Source: an uncultured Gemmataceae bacterium
GTDB taxonomy: Bacteria; Planctomycetota; Planctomycetia; Gemmatales; Gemmataceae
Assembly (NCBI GenBank): GCA_963750165.1
Contig: CAVVPN010000004.1
Coordinates: 64,001 to 128,000 of the forward strand
DNA: 64,000 nt
Reading direction: 5' to 3'
Program-made: the position numbers and the translations under genes
The notes under the pieces: model-generated
Told to the model about the DNA's origin: nothing
Databases searched by the model: none
What the model saw: only the letters and a program-made list of their open reading frames with translations
Part shown: piece by piece, positions 30,703 to 40,855 of the stretch
Position numbering within the stretch: position 1 is the first letter of the stretch
How the letters are laid out: each line of letters begins with the position of its first letter

Positions 30703-31082
30703 GGTACTGTCCCCTCGTTCGATGAACTGTCCCTGACACGCTCCGTCCCCCCGACGTTCGTGGAGCTGACCAGCAAGCGTATCCCGCCGATAAACACCCT
30801 GAGCGCAAAGATACACATCGCTCCCTGACACGCCAGGCCAGCGATGCTAAACGGATTGATCAGGAGGGCGATGAGAACGAACCCAAGGATGGGCAGGGCC
30901 AATCCGGAGAGCACGAACAGGATGCCGCCCCAGACGGGAGTCGGAGGCGAATAGCGCCGGTGGCAAACCTTGCAAACGCGGTCGTCGGCAAAAGCGACGA
31001 ACGACTGAGGCTTCCGCAAGGTGTGCTCCTTGCTGCCGCACTGCGGGCAAACCCTGCTGACCGGGAAATTGGTCATGGGCAC
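30699..31082 (-). CDS. Zn-ribbon membrane protein
   Basis: CPQCG...CKVC followed by two hydrophobic helices. Confidence 0.65.
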   Translation of the reverse strand: MPMTNFPVSRVCPQCGSKEHTLRKPQSFVAFADDRVCKVCHRRYSPPTPVWGGILFVLSGLALPILGFVLIALLINPFSIAGLACQGAMCIFALRVFIGGIRLLVSSTNVGGTERVRDSSSNEGTVP

Positions 31083-31203
31083 AGCTCCACTTCGCCGAAG
31101 TCCAGTTCTGGGCCTTTTTACAGGTGCCGATCAGGTCGGCCCCTACTGGATACAGCCTGCCGCCGTGCCCACGCATACACTTTTTCGGAATTTTTTTTGC
31201 CGC

Positions 31204-32034
31204 TCACCCCGGCCAGCACTGCGAGCCGCCATCGACACGCAGCACCTGGCCGCTGACAAAGCCGCCCGCGTCCGACGCCAGGAACGCCACCGCCGCCGCC
31301 ACCTCCGGTGGCCGGCCGTAGCGCACCAGCGTCCCCTCCTCGACCAGCTTGTCCTGCTCCACGTCGTGGATGACCAGGAAGCGGTTCGTCACGGTGCCGC
31401 CGGGGGCAATGCAGTTGACCGGCACGTTGTACGGCCGCAGTTGCACGGCCAGGCAGCGCGTGTACTCGTGAACGCCCGCCTTGGCCACCGAGTAGATGGC
31501 GCCGTCGTCGCGGCCGAAGCAGCCGGCGATGGAGCCGATGGTGATGATCCTCCCCGATTTCCGCCGCATCATCTCCGGCGCGACCTCGCGGCAACAGAGA
31601 ATGCACGACAGCAGATTGCGGTCGAGCACGGCGCGGATGTCCGCCAGCGGGATGCCGACACAATCGTCCGGGCTGGGCCGGCCGCCGCGGCCGACGCCCG
31701 TGCCGCCCGCGCCGATGTCGCCGCCGGCGTTCGCCACCAGGATGTCAATGCGGCCGAACTGCGCCCGGACCGCGTCGGCCATGCGCTTGACCTCCGCCTC
31801 GTCCATGACATCGCCCCAGACCGGCATCGTCACGCCGCCGGCCGCGCGGGCCACATCGGCCGCCACCTGCTCCATCGTGTCGCCCTCGCCGAAGGACCGC
31901 GGCGAGTCGAAGCGCGTGCCGTGGAGCGCCACCCGGGCGCCCAGCGTACACAGCTTCGCCGCGATCACCCGGCCCAGGCCGCGCGACGACCCCGTCACCC
32001 ACGCCACTCGATTTTGCAAAGAAAGATCGGACAT
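31204..32034 (-). CDS. SDR family oxidoreductase
   Basis: TGSSRGLG, ANAG, YSVAK, NCIAPG, VDGG. Confidence 0.93.
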   Translation of the reverse strand: MSDLSLQNRVAWVTGSSRGLGRVIAAKLCTLGARVALHGTRFDSPRSFGEGDTMEQVAADVARAAGGVTMPVWGDVMDEAEVKRMADAVRAQFGRIDILVANAGGDIGAGGTGVGRGGRPSPDDCVGIPLADIRAVLDRNLLSCILCCREVAPEMMRRKSGRIITIGSIAGCFGRDDGAIYSVAKAGVHEYTRCLAVQLRPYNVPVNCIAPGGTVTNRFLVIHDVEQDKLVEEGTLVRYGRPPEVAAAVAFLASDAGGFVSGQVLRVDGGSQCWPG

Positions 32035-32053
32035 TGCCTGACCTCATTGCGTT

Positions 32054-32602
32054 TCAGCCCTTGCCCAGCCGCCGTTTTTTCGCGAAAAACTCCGTCAACA
32101 CGCTGGCGCAGCGCTCCGCCAGCACGCCGGAGACGACCTGCGCCCGGTGGTTCAACCGTGGGTCCGCCGTGATCTGGTACAGCGTGTGACACGCCCCCGC
32201 CTTGGGGTCGATGGTGCCGTAGACGACCATTGGCAGCCGCGCCAGCACGATGGCGCCGGCGCACATCGGACACGGCTCCAATGTCACATACAGGATGCAG
32301 TGCTCCAGCCGCCAGGAGCCGAGCGCCTGCGCCGCCTGCGTGATGGCGATCATCTCCGCGTGCGCCGTGGGGTCCTTCAGGCGCTCACGCTGGTTGTGGC
32401 CGCGGGCGATGACGCCCTGCCGCAGCGACACGATAACGGCGCCGACCGGCACCTCGTCCTCCGCTTCGGCCGCGGCCGCCTCCTCCAGCGCCATTTCCAT
32501 GTGCAGCACGTGGAACGGGTGGCGCGGGTCGGTCAGGGGCAGGTCGAACGGGGACAGTTCCAAGGGTCGCTCCTGGTGGGGTTCGCGAGCCGACGGTGCC
32601 AT
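32054..32602 (-). CDS. tadA: tRNA adenosine(34) deaminase
   Basis: [39 protein letters not shown]. Confidence 0.92.
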   Translation of the reverse strand: MAPSAREPHQERPLELSPFDLPLTDPRHPFHVLHMEMALEEAAAAEAEDEVPVGAVIVSLRQGVIARGHNQRERLKDPTAHAEMIAITQAAQALGSWRLEHCILYVTLEPCPMCAGAIVLARLPMVVYGTIDPKAGACHTLYQITADPRLNHRAQVVSGVLAERCASVLTEFFAKKRRLGKG

Positions 32603-33492
32603 CACGGCGCCAGCGGTGTCAGCAGTTCTTGCCAGCTGGCCACATCGAGCAAGCGCTCCAGCAACGCTTCCAGCGTTTCCGGGCTCTGGATCGCCTCGAT
32701 GGCTGCCGCCGTCTGGGCGTCGGGCTCGCCGAAACGCTTGCGGCCCTGGAGCAACAGGGCCCGTTTCTCACCGACCAGGGTGCCCTCGGCGAGACCTTTC
32801 GCCTGGCCCTCCTTGAGGATCATTTGAAACGTCGAAGATTTGCTCAGATCGATCATAGCGATTACCCTTTCGTAAAGCGGCCGCGTCTGTTCCTCAGGAT
32901 AACGCAGGCCCATGAGCACGAACATGGCGGCCCGCAGTTTGTCGGCCGCGGCCGGCGCCATCTCCTGCCGCAACCGTTCGTCAATCCGGTCCACCACCGC
33001 CGGCAGGTCCGCGGCCGCCGCGTCGGTCAGCGGCGCCAGCGGTAGCGTGCCCACCGGCCCGGCCAGCAGCGCCGACAGCGGCAATTCCCAGACCCGGACT
33101 ACATGATAGCGAAACACCAGGTACGGCGCCGCGTCGCCCGGGTGCTGCAGCTGGTACACGCCCGTCAGGTTGCTGGCGTTGGCCTCGCGGCGCAGCAGCA
33201 GGAAGACCGAGCGCACCGGCAGTAGGTGCCGGTGGTGCAGCAGCGTCGCGTACAGGTGGCCGCGCCCCGGTAGGCCGAGCTCGTGGTCGGTCTGCGCCTC
33301 CAGGTGCAGCAACCACGGAGCGGCGGGCCCCTCGCAGCGCAGCACCTTGTCCGCCGCCGCGGTCACCGTCGAGACATCCGCGTCCACCAGCGTCACCTTC
33401 TCGACCGGCCACGGCCCCAGCACCGCCGGCCAGGCCGTCAGGTAGTCTTCGACCAGGTCTTTCAAGGTCACGTCAAACGGTCGGCTGGACAT
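32602..33492 (-). CDS. Rpn-like / DUF4351 hypothetical protein (PD-(D/E)xK-like)
   Basis: [36 protein letters not shown]-like segment and a C-terminal [10 protein letters not shown]...[11 protein letters not shown]. Confidence 0.8.
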   Translation of the reverse strand: MSSRPFDVTLKDLVEDYLTAWPAVLGPWPVEKVTLVDADVSTVTAAADKVLRCEGPAAPWLLHLEAQTDHELGLPGRGHLYATLLHHRHLLPVRSVFLLLRREANASNLTGVYQLQHPGDAAPYLVFRYHVVRVWELPLSALLAGPVGTLPLAPLTDAAAADLPAVVDRIDERLRQEMAPAAADKLRAAMFVLMGLRYPEEQTRPLYERVIAMIDLSKSSTFQMILKEGQAKGLAEGTLVGEKRALLLQGRKRFGEPDAQTAAAIEAIQSPETLEALLERLLDVASWQELLTPLAP

Positions 33493-33594
33493 CGGCGGCC
33501 TCCGCGGTCACGGGCTGGCTCTGGCGGACGTGGTTCCAGAGCAGTATAATTCCTCCCGGGGAGCATCTCACAGACCGGTTTGAGAGGATCAGCC

Positions 33595-34089
33595 GTGGCC
33601 AAGGATCGTCGCAGCCGCGACCAGAAACGCCAGGCCAAGCTCGCCGAGCGGGCCAAAAAAATTTCGTCTCAGGAAAAGCTGGCCTATTCAGGGAAAAAGT
33701 ACCAGGCCCCGCCCTGGACGCCGCACGTCTTCGCCACCGAGCGGGCCGTCTATCAGACCATCGTCCTGACCGAGCGCCGCCTGACCAACGCCCAGGTGGA
33801 GGCGGCCTTCACCCAGCTCATCGCCCGGCTGCGGCAGGGGCTGCCGGGGCCCTTGCAGGAGGGCGCGGAGGAAGTCCTCTTCAGCGAGGAGAACGCCGTC
33901 GCCTATCTCATGTGGAACATCCGCCGCAACTGGGCCTTGCTGGTCCAGGAGCAGGGCCCGGTGAGCACGGAAGACCTGATCGGCATCCTGCGGACGCTGC
34001 TGTACTCGATCATCGCCCACGCCTGGAACACCGGGCCGAGCCGTGGTTACGTGGCATTCCTGTACGACTTCCTGCGCGGGCAAGTGTGA
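33595..34089 (+). CDS. Hypothetical protein
   Basis: GAGG RBS before GTG, TATAAT at 33545, basic N-terminus and typical codon usage. Confidence 0.7.
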   Translation: MAKDRRSRDQKRQAKLAERAKKISSQEKLAYSGKKYQAPPWTPHVFATERAVYQTIVLTERRLTNAQVEAAFTQLIARLRQGLPGPLQEGAEEVLFSEENAVAYLMWNIRRNWALLVQEQGPVSTEDLIGILRTLLYSIIAHAWNTGPSRGYVAFLYDFLRGQV

Positions 34090-34212
34090 CCGCGGTGGGT
34101 CTGCGGCCCGGCTTTTCCTCTTGTGCCATTTTGTCCCGTTTGATAATGGATTAATATCTCCGCGATTTCGCCTGTTCCGACGCGGCCCTCCCCACGGTAC
34201 TTGGACCCAGGC

Positions 34213-34470
34213 ATGGATAGCCACTCCGTTCCGATTGCCAACGGCCCCGAGCACGTCGAGCCCGACGCCAGCGCCCCGGCGTACGTGCAGTTGGTCCAGA
34301 AGTTGCAGGAGAAAATGCGGGAGGCGCCGGATTGGACGCTGCGCCGCCAGGTGCCCCCGAAGACGGAAATTCGCAAATTCGCCGCGGCGGTGCTACAATT
34401 ACTCCAGATGGCAGCACCCCACCTTTTCGCAGACTACCAGCTTGTACCTTTGCCCAATGGCACCCTGTAA
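34213..34470 (+). CDS. Small hypothetical protein
   Basis: 85-aa ORF with plausible codon usage upstream of rho. Confidence 0.5.
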   Translation: MDSHSVPIANGPEHVEPDASAPAYVQLVQKLQEKMREAPDWTLRRQVPPKTEIRKFAAAVLQLLQMAAPHLFADYQLVPLPNGTL

Positions 34471-34614
34471 AGCAGTCACCAGCCAGCGCAAAGGGTAAGC
34501 TACCCCTCGTGTCGCATTTTGGAAAGGATGAAGGACGCGGGAGGAGGACGCCTTGCAGGCAAACTCGCGCCGCATCACCGGCCCGGGTGATCCTCCCCGC
34601 CGTTCCGAGTATCT

Positions 34615-35739
34615 ATGGCTCATGACAATGCGTCGGCCCAGGGCGTGCTTGAGTTGCACCCCAAGGGCTTCGGCTTTCTCCGCAGTCCCGCCCGCAGCTA
34701 TGTTGCCCAGCCGGCGGACCCCTTTGTGCCGCAGCAGCTGATTCAGAAGTATCGGCTGCGCGAGGGCGACCTCGTACGCGGCCCCACCCAGCCCAACAAG
34801 AAGGGCCAGGGCCCTCTCGTGCAGCGTGTCGAGGAGATCGAGGGCGCCAATCCCGAAACCTTCACGCGCCGCAAATTCGACGATCTCACCCCCATCGACC
34901 CCAGCGAGCGCATCGTCCTGGAAACCGGCCCCGAGCCGTTGACCACGCGCGTCATGGACCTGCTGACGCCCATCGGCAAGGGTCAACGCGGTCTGATCGT
35001 CGCGCCGCCGCGCACCGGCAAAACGGTCCTCTTGCAGCACATTGCCCAGGCGGTGGCCAAAAATCATCCCGAGATGCACCTGATGATGCTGCTGATCGAC
35101 GAGCGGCCCGAGGAGGTGACGGACATGCGCCGCACCATCCAGGGCGAGGTCATCGCCAGTAGCAGCGACCGCGACACCTCCGCTCACATCCGTCTGGCCG
35201 AGCTGGTGGTGGAGCGTTCGCGGCGGTTGGCGGAGCAGGGCCGGCAGGTGTTCGTGCTGCTCGACAGCTTGACGCGGCTGGCGCGGGCGTACAACAAGGC
35301 CGCCGGCAACAGCGGTCGCACCATGTCCGGCGGCATCGACATCCGGGCGCTGGAGGTGCCCAAGCGGCTGTTCGGCACCGCCCGCGCCTTTGAAGAGGGC
35401 GGTTCGCTGACGGTGATGGGCACCGCCCTGATCGAGACCGGCTCGCGCATGGACGACATCATCTTTCAGGAGTTCAAGGGCACCGGCAACATGGAACTGG
35501 TGCTCGACCGCAAGCTGGCCGACCGCCGCGTCTACCCGGCGCTGGATATTAGCCAGTCCGGCACGCGCAAGGAGGAGCGGTTGCTGCCGCCGGACGTGCT
35601 CAAGCAGGTGAATCTGCTGCGGCGCACGCTCGTGCAGATGAACCCCGTGCAGGCGATGGAAATGCTGGTCAAGAAGCTGGCCGAGTCCAAGTCGAATGCC
35701 GATTTTCTGGCGCGATTCAACCCGTCCGCGCGCGGCTGA
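34615..35739 (+). CDS. rho: Transcription termination factor Rho (short form)
   Basis: GVLE...GFGFLR, PIGKGQRGLIVAPPRTGKT, LIDERPEEVTD, LDSLTRLARAYN, EFKGTGNME, SGTRKEE. Confidence 0.95.
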   Translation: MAHDNASAQGVLELHPKGFGFLRSPARSYVAQPADPFVPQQLIQKYRLREGDLVRGPTQPNKKGQGPLVQRVEEIEGANPETFTRRKFDDLTPIDPSERIVLETGPEPLTTRVMDLLTPIGKGQRGLIVAPPRTGKTVLLQHIAQAVAKNHPEMHLMMLLIDERPEEVTDMRRTIQGEVIASSSDRDTSAHIRLAELVVERSRRLAEQGRQVFVLLDSLTRLARAYNKAAGNSGRTMSGGIDIRALEVPKRLFGTARAFEEGGSLTVMGTALIETGSRMDDIIFQEFKGTGNMELVLDRKLADRRVYPALDISQSGTRKEERLLPPDVLKQVNLLRRTLVQMNPVQAMEMLVKKLAESKSNADFLARFNPSARG

Positions 35740-35753
35740 CCTTCGGGGGCACC

Positions 35754-36422
35754 ATGATCCGGGCCGACTTCAGTTTCGACCAGCGTCTTCGGGAGATCGA
35801 CATATTCTTCCAGGGCAACAGTCCCGTTCACCACACGATGGCGCGGGTGGTCGAGAAACTCGAACAGGCCGGCATTCCGTACGCCATCGTCGGCGGCATG
35901 GCGGTCAACGCCCATCAATACGAGCGCACCACGAAAGATCTGGATCTGCTGCTGACTTCGGCAGGGTTCGCGGAGTTCGTGCGGCAATTTGTCCCGGGCG
36001 ATTTTGAGCAGTTTCCAAATCGCCCGCGCCGCTTCCGTGACCGGGCGAACGGGGTCACGTTTGACGTGCTCCTCACGGGCTATTTTCCGGGCACCGGACA
36101 ACCGGGGCCAATTTCCTATCCCGACCCCGCCTCGGTTAACGAGGTGATCGAACAAAAGCGCGTCGTCAACCTGCCCACGCTCATCGAATTGAAGCTGGCG
36201 GCCCGGCGACACAGGGATTTCGGCGACGTGGTGGAGTTGATCCGCGTTCATGACCTGGACGAATCCTTCCAGGCCAAACTGCACCCTTCAGTGCACCGCG
36301 ATTTTATCGAGTGCCTGGAAGAAAAGCGCCGCGACGACGAATACGAAGCGCGGTCCGACCAGAGGCTTGAGGATCAGAGAAAAACTGACCCTCCGCCCAG
36401 TCCGGGGCCGAGTTCATCTTGA
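35754..36422 (+). CDS. Nucleotidyltransferase-family protein
   Basis: YAIVGGMAV...RTTKDLDLL and LIELKLAA.R.RDFGDV. Confidence 0.8.
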   Translation: MIRADFSFDQRLREIDIFFQGNSPVHHTMARVVEKLEQAGIPYAIVGGMAVNAHQYERTTKDLDLLLTSAGFAEFVRQFVPGDFEQFPNRPRRFRDRANGVTFDVLLTGYFPGTGQPGPISYPDPASVNEVIEQKRVVNLPTLIELKLAARRHRDFGDVVELIRVHDLDESFQAKLHPSVHRDFIECLEEKRRDDEYEARSDQRLEDQRKTDPPPSPGPSSS

Positions 36423-36460
36423 CCCTGTCGAAGCAGCGATTATACTTTGTCGTGTAAAGT
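36419..36460 (+). promoter_or_regulatory. Promoter overlapped by a palindromic operator
   Basis: TTGACC-N16-TATACT (36419-36446) and ACTTT-GTCGTGT-AAAGT at 36444-36460. Confidence 0.6.
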
Positions 36461-36520
36461 TGGCAACGGGATTGGCCGATTCGGAACGGTAAGGAGGCTG
36501 GCGGAGCGGGGAGTGCGGGC

Positions 36521-37144
36521 ATGGACCTCCGGGAGGCGTTGACGCAGATTTCCGAAATCCGCGAGCAGGTCGCGCGCGCGGAGGTGTTCCGCGGCTATCG
36601 CGCCGTGCCGGTCGCATTCTCGGGCCTGCTGGCGCTGACCGTCGCCACCTTCCAGTCGGCCTGGCTCGGCGACCCGACCGCCCACGTTGAGACGTACCTG
36701 GCACTATGGGTCGGCGCCGCCCTGCTCAGCATGCTCGCCACCGCCGTCGAGATGCTGCTCGACAACAAACGCCGCCGTTCGCCCCTGGCCCTGCAAACCA
36801 CCTGGCTGGCACTCGGCCAGTTCATGCCGAGCGTCGTCGCCGGCGGGTTGCTGCTGCTCGTGCTGACCCTGCACGCGCGCGAGAGCCTGTGGATGCTGCC
36901 GGGATTGTGGGCACTGCTGTTCAGCCTGGGCATCTTCGCCTCGTACCGGCTGCTGCCGCGCGCCACCTTCTGGGTGGCGGCGTTTTACATGGCCGCCGGC
37001 GCCGTCTGCCTGGCCCTTGGCCCCGCGGCACTGTCGCCCTGGACGATGGGGGTGCCGTTCGGCGTCGGCCAGCTGTTCGCCGCCGCGGTACTCTACTGGA
37101 CCCTGGAACGCAACGATGCTGAACCCGAAGCAGAAAAACCTTGA
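36521..37144 (+). CDS. Multi-pass membrane protein paired with a winged-helix regulator
   Basis: MDLREALTQISEIR N-terminus and about 6 hydrophobic helices. Confidence 0.82.
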   Translation: MDLREALTQISEIREQVARAEVFRGYRAVPVAFSGLLALTVATFQSAWLGDPTAHVETYLALWVGAALLSMLATAVEMLLDNKRRRSPLALQTTWLALGQFMPSVVAGGLLLLVLTLHARESLWMLPGLWALLFSLGIFASYRLLPRATFWVAAFYMAAGAVCLALGPAALSPWTMGVPFGVGQLFAAAVLYWTLERNDAEPEAEKP

Positions 37145-37511
37145 CGCCATCGGCCGCTTCGCCTACGACCTGGATCCCGTCATCCACGAGAAGGCGCGGC
37201 TGCGGATCATCGCGTCGCTCTCGACGCATCCGGCCGGCGTGGTCTTTGCGGACCTGAAGGAGTTGTGCGCTCTGACCGACGGCAACCTGAGCCGGCACCT
37301 GCAACTGCTGCACGAGGAGCGGCTGATCGACATCAACAAGGGGTTCCAGAACAACCGGCCGCAGACGCTGTGCCGGCTCACCGCCGAGGGTCGCCGCCGG
37401 TTCCTGGAATACATCAACGTGCTCGAAGGCATCATCACGGATGGCCTGGGCTCGGTGCAGCCGGAGACGGCTCCCGGGCAACCGTTCTCGGAGGGCTGGT
37501 CGCCCGCCTGA
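37116..37511 (+). CDS. Winged-helix (HTH_34, MarR/ArsR-like) transcriptional regulator
   Basis: LDPVIHEKARLRI...FADLKELCALTDGNLSRHL...LTAEGRRRF. Confidence 0.88.
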   Translation: MLNPKQKNLDAIGRFAYDLDPVIHEKARLRIIASLSTHPAGVVFADLKELCALTDGNLSRHLQLLHEERLIDINKGFQNNRPQTLCRLTAEGRRRFLEYINVLEGIITDGLGSVQPETAPGQPFSEGWSPA

Positions 37512-37516
37512 ACGGC

Positions 37517-37541
37517 GGCCGTCACCGGACGGCCTTTTTTT
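37517..37541 (+). terminator. Intrinsic terminator
   Basis: GGCCGTC-ACCG-GACGGCC followed by T7. Confidence 0.75.
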
Positions 37542-37551
37542 CTACCCAAAA

Positions 37552-37568
37552 ACTTTACACGGCAAAGC
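37552..37568. promoter_or_regulatory. Second copy of the putative operator, upstream of ispH
   Basis: ACTTTACACGGCAAAGC; its reverse complement matches the 36444 site at 15 of 17 positions. Confidence 0.6.
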
Positions 37569-37661
37569 ACACGGACGGGCAAAGCCGCCCAGGGCGCCGC
37601 TCTTGCCGGCACCTGGGCTCGCGACACAGGAAGAGGTCGCCCACAACGGAAGGGGAAGGCC

Positions 37662-38575
37662 ATGAAAGTGATTCGCGCGGAAGTGCTGGGCCTGTGTTTC
37701 GGCGTGCGCGACGCCCTGAGCGCCCTGGACGCCATCGCGGAGCCGGCGAAGGTCACGATCCACGGCGAACTGGTCCACAATGACATCGTGCTGACCCAGC
37801 TGGGGGCGCACGGCTTCCGCATGGTCGGGGAGGCGGCGCGGCAGCTGATGCCGGAGACGGACATGGTGCTGATTACGGCGCACGGCGTCAGCAACGTGGA
37901 GCGGGCCCGGCTGGAGGCGGCCGGCAAGACGCTGGTGGACACGACCTGTCCGCTGGTGACGCGCGCCACCAGGCTGCGCAAAAGTTGCAGGAGCGCGGCT
38001 ATCACGTCCTGGTGATCGGCCGGCGCGGCCACGTTGAGGTGCAGGGCATCGTCGAGGACCTGCGGAGTTATGACGTGTTGCAGAACCTGGAGGAAGTGCG
38101 CCGCTTCCCACACGCACGGCTGGGCGTGATGTGCCAGACGACGACGCCGGCGCGGCACGTCGCGGCGATGCGGCAGGCGATCGCGCAGCACAACCCCGAC
38201 GCGGACGTGTGCTTCATCGACACGGTCTGCCATCCGACCAAGGACCATCAGGCAGCGCTGGAGCGGTTGCTGGAACAGGTGGGCGTCGTGGTCGTGGTGG
38301 GGGGCCGGCAGTCGAACAACACGCGCGAGCTGGTGGCGCGCTGCCGTGAAGCCGGGGCGACGGCGTACCATGTGCAGGGCGCCGCGGATGTGCGGCCGGA
38401 GTGGTTCGCGGGGGTGGACGTGGTGGGTTTGACGGCGGGCACCTCGACGCTGGACACGACGATTGACGAGGTGCAGGCGGCGCTGGAGGCCATCCGGGGC
38501 GAACGGCCTTGTCCGCCAGCCCTGCTTCCCCTTTGGCCCGCTGCAGGCACTCCTCGACCCGGTGCTACGCCTTGA
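37662..38575 (+). CDS. ispH: 4-hydroxy-3-methylbut-2-enyl diphosphate reductase; frameshift near 37970
   Basis: GLCFGV, LVHN, TAHG and DTTCPLV in one frame; HVEV, QTT, DTVC, SNNT and GLTAGTST in the next. All three Fe-S cysteines are present. Confidence 0.9.
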
Positions 38576-38962
38576 ACACCCGCGCGTACTCCGCCAGCGG
38601 CGTCGTCAGCGAGGCATTGGAGAGCAGGTAATCGTGCTTCCACGCGCCATCGCCTTGCCGCTCCCGGAACACCCCCAGAACCTCCGCTACCGCCGACGCC
38701 CGGCCCGCGGTGCGCGCCTGCACCAGCGTCCACACGGCCTGCACCTGCACCGGGCCTTTTTCCCCCACCCGAACCGCGATCGTCTGCCACACCGCCTCCG
38801 CCACCGCGGCGCACCAGCAATCCACACGCACGAAGGGCGTGCGCGGCCGACGGCCCCGGCCCGTGGGCGGCGGGTCGGCGGCGGCCAGGTCGCGCACCGA
38901 GGTGTTCGACGGCACGGCCAGCAACTAGCACTCGCCCCGCGCGCGCAACTGCTCGCGGAACC
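38500..38962 (-). mobile_element. IS701-family transposase remnant
   Basis: LAVPSN...GEKGP...HDYLLSNA...LAEYARVFKA*HRVEECLQRAKGEAGLAD, with internal stops and no intact ends. Confidence 0.8.
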
Positions 38963-39142
38963 ACGAACAGCCCGAAGTTCGCGGGGTTCGTGCAGCGGCG
39001 GCCGCGGCTCCCGCCGGGCGCTTGGGGGCTCATGGCCGCGGTACTGGGCCGACTGGTACGGCTCGACGACGCCTGGGGCAAGCCGGACGAGGCGGCGAAG
39101 TGGCGCAAGGTGCTGGCGGACGTGCCAAAGTCGGCGAAGTAA
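38963..39142 (+). pseudogene. C-terminal remnant of a TPR-containing Ser/Thr kinase-type gene
   Basis: RLVRLDDAWGKPDEAAKWRKVL* resembles the terminal motif of planctomycete kinase-TPR proteins. The upstream part is replaced by the IS fragment. Confidence 0.6.
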
Positions 39143-39152
39143 CGGCGCCCGG

Positions 39153-39182
39153 ACTTTTCCATACAATACTTTTCCATACAAT
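39153..39182. repeat. 15-bp tandem duplication
   Basis: ACTTTTCCATACAAT x2. Confidence 0.85.
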
Positions 39183-39266
39183 GCCGGTGGCAGACCGATT
39201 CAATACGGGGAGTCCCAATCTGGCCGCGCTATGGCAGCCCGGCTGTTTCCCAACTGGAGGTGCGTG

Positions 39267-39575
39267 ATGAGTTCCGCGTGGAAAGGTGCGTTGGCGCTGG
39301 CAGTGTTGCTGGCGCTGATCGGCGGCGTCGTGATTGGCGCCAACCTGTCGCAGCCCGCGGCCGCCCAGCAGGGCGGCGGTGGCGGCGGCCCGCGCTACAC
39401 CGTGGTGGAGACGCAGGGGCACAACCTGCTCGTCACGGACAACAAATCGAACACGCTTTACTACTACACCATCGACAAGGACGAGAAGGTCGGTGCCGAC
39501 CTGAAGTTGCGGGGGTCGGTCGATCTGACCCAGGTGGGCAAGGACACCATCAAGATCACCAAGGCAACCAAGTGA
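39267..39575 (+). CDS. Small secreted hypothetical protein
   Basis: GGAGG RBS, signal peptide and a beta-rich domain PRYTVVETQGHNLLVTDN. Confidence 0.75.
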   Translation: MSSAWKGALALAVLLALIGGVVIGANLSQPAAAQQGGGGGGPRYTVVETQGHNLLVTDNKSNTLYYYTIDKDEKVGADLKLRGSVDLTQVGKDTIKITKATK

Positions 39576-39658
39576 GCGGGCTCCCGGCAGGCCCCCGGGC
39601 ACCAACCGGGGCCTGCCGGACTTCACCGGATTCAGTCTTCACAGACAGGAGCACCTCC

Positions 39659-40147
39659 ATGAGACGCAACACGTTCCTGACCGCCGGACTGGCGCTGCTG
39701 GGCCTGCTGGTCACCGGGCCCGCAGTCTCGGCCCAGTACTACGGGAACACCGCCGCTTACAACCCCTACACGGGCGGGGCCTACACCAGGACTGCCGCCT
39801 CCAACCCCTATACCGGGACCAGTGGTGCGGCCACGACGGGCTACAACCCGTACACCGGGACGCACGCCGGCTCGGCCACGACCAGCAACCCCTACACGGG
39901 CCGGACCACCAGCACCCAGGCGGCGTACAACCCCTACACCGGGGGTGCCGCCGCGTCCCGGACGTCCCACAACGCCTACACGGGGGGAACCACCCAGCAG
40001 ACGGCATACCACAACCCCTACACGGGCGGCAACACGCACACGCAGTCTTACACCAACCCTTACACCGGCACGTCGGCACACGCCGCGGAGTACCACAACC
40101 CCTACACGGGCAGGACGGCCGTCCGGGCAGGCGGGTTCCGCCGCTGA
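39659..40147 (+). CDS. Secreted protein with nine 14-aa N(P/A)YTG repeats
   Basis: AGGAG RBS, signal peptide ending AVSA-Q, and an NPYTG-type motif every 14 residues. Confidence 0.8.
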   Translation: MRRNTFLTAGLALLGLLVTGPAVSAQYYGNTAAYNPYTGGAYTRTAASNPYTGTSGAATTGYNPYTGTHAGSATTSNPYTGRTTSTQAAYNPYTGGAAASRTSHNAYTGGTTQQTAYHNPYTGGNTHTQSYTNPYTGTSAHAAEYHNPYTGRTAVRAGGFRR

Positions 40148-40169
40148 GCGCCCGGGGTCGCACGTGCTG

Positions 40170-40813
40170 AGCGCACGCTCGACGGCTTCGTCGGCGACCC
40201 CTACGCCGCCGGCGCGGCGGTGCGCTGGCTGCACGAGAACGCGCCGGGGTTGCGCGCCAAACGGCAGCCGTTCCTGATGGTCGCCAGCTTCGTCAACCCG
40301 CACGACATCATGTTCGTCGATGCCAACGTGCCCGGGAAGCCCGCGGTGCAGAAGGCCCTCGCCCAAGGCGTGCTGGCGCCCGTGCCGCGCAGCGCCCTCT
40401 ACGAACGTCAGTGGGAACTCACGCTGCCGCGCAGCCTGCAGGAGTCGCTCAAGGCGCCGGAATGCCGGCGGCGCTGGCGGAGTACGACCGCGGTTGGTCG
40501 GGCTTCTTCGGCGTCATCCCGACCGACCGCAAGGATATGTGGTACCGCTACAACAACCACTACCTCAACTGCCTGCGCGACAGCGACCGCAGCATCCAGC
40601 CTCTGCAAGCACAACGACGTGCAGGTCTTCGACCTGAAGGAGGACCCGGACGAGATGCGCAACCTGGCCCTGGAGCCGGAAAAACACCAGGCCCTCATCC
40701 TGCGCCTCAACGGCCTGCTGAACGAGTACGTGGCCCGGGAAATCGGCGTCAACGACGGCGGTTTCCTGCCGAAAATCGTGCGCCCCAGGAAGGCGCCGCT
40801 GACGTTCGAGTAG
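40170..40813 (+). pseudogene. Sulfatase fragment (N-terminus missing, internal deletion)
   Basis: PFLMVASFVNPHDIM, YLNCLRDSDRSI and VFDLKEDPDEMRNLA lie in different frames. No catalytic N-terminus, and the mid-section is absent. Confidence 0.75.
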
Positions 40814-40855
40814 TGGTTTCTTGCAGCTGAGTTGTTGCGTAGGAAGGCGCTCCCC

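Noticed and set aside
32602..33492. Active transposase or IS element
   Set aside because: Rpn-like protein with no terminal inverted repeats or target duplication seen, and it is translationally coupled to tadA.
37960..37990. Programmed ribosomal frameshift in ispH (also considered for copA and actD)
   Set aside because: No convincing slippery heptamer, and the same kind of indel occurs throughout the window.
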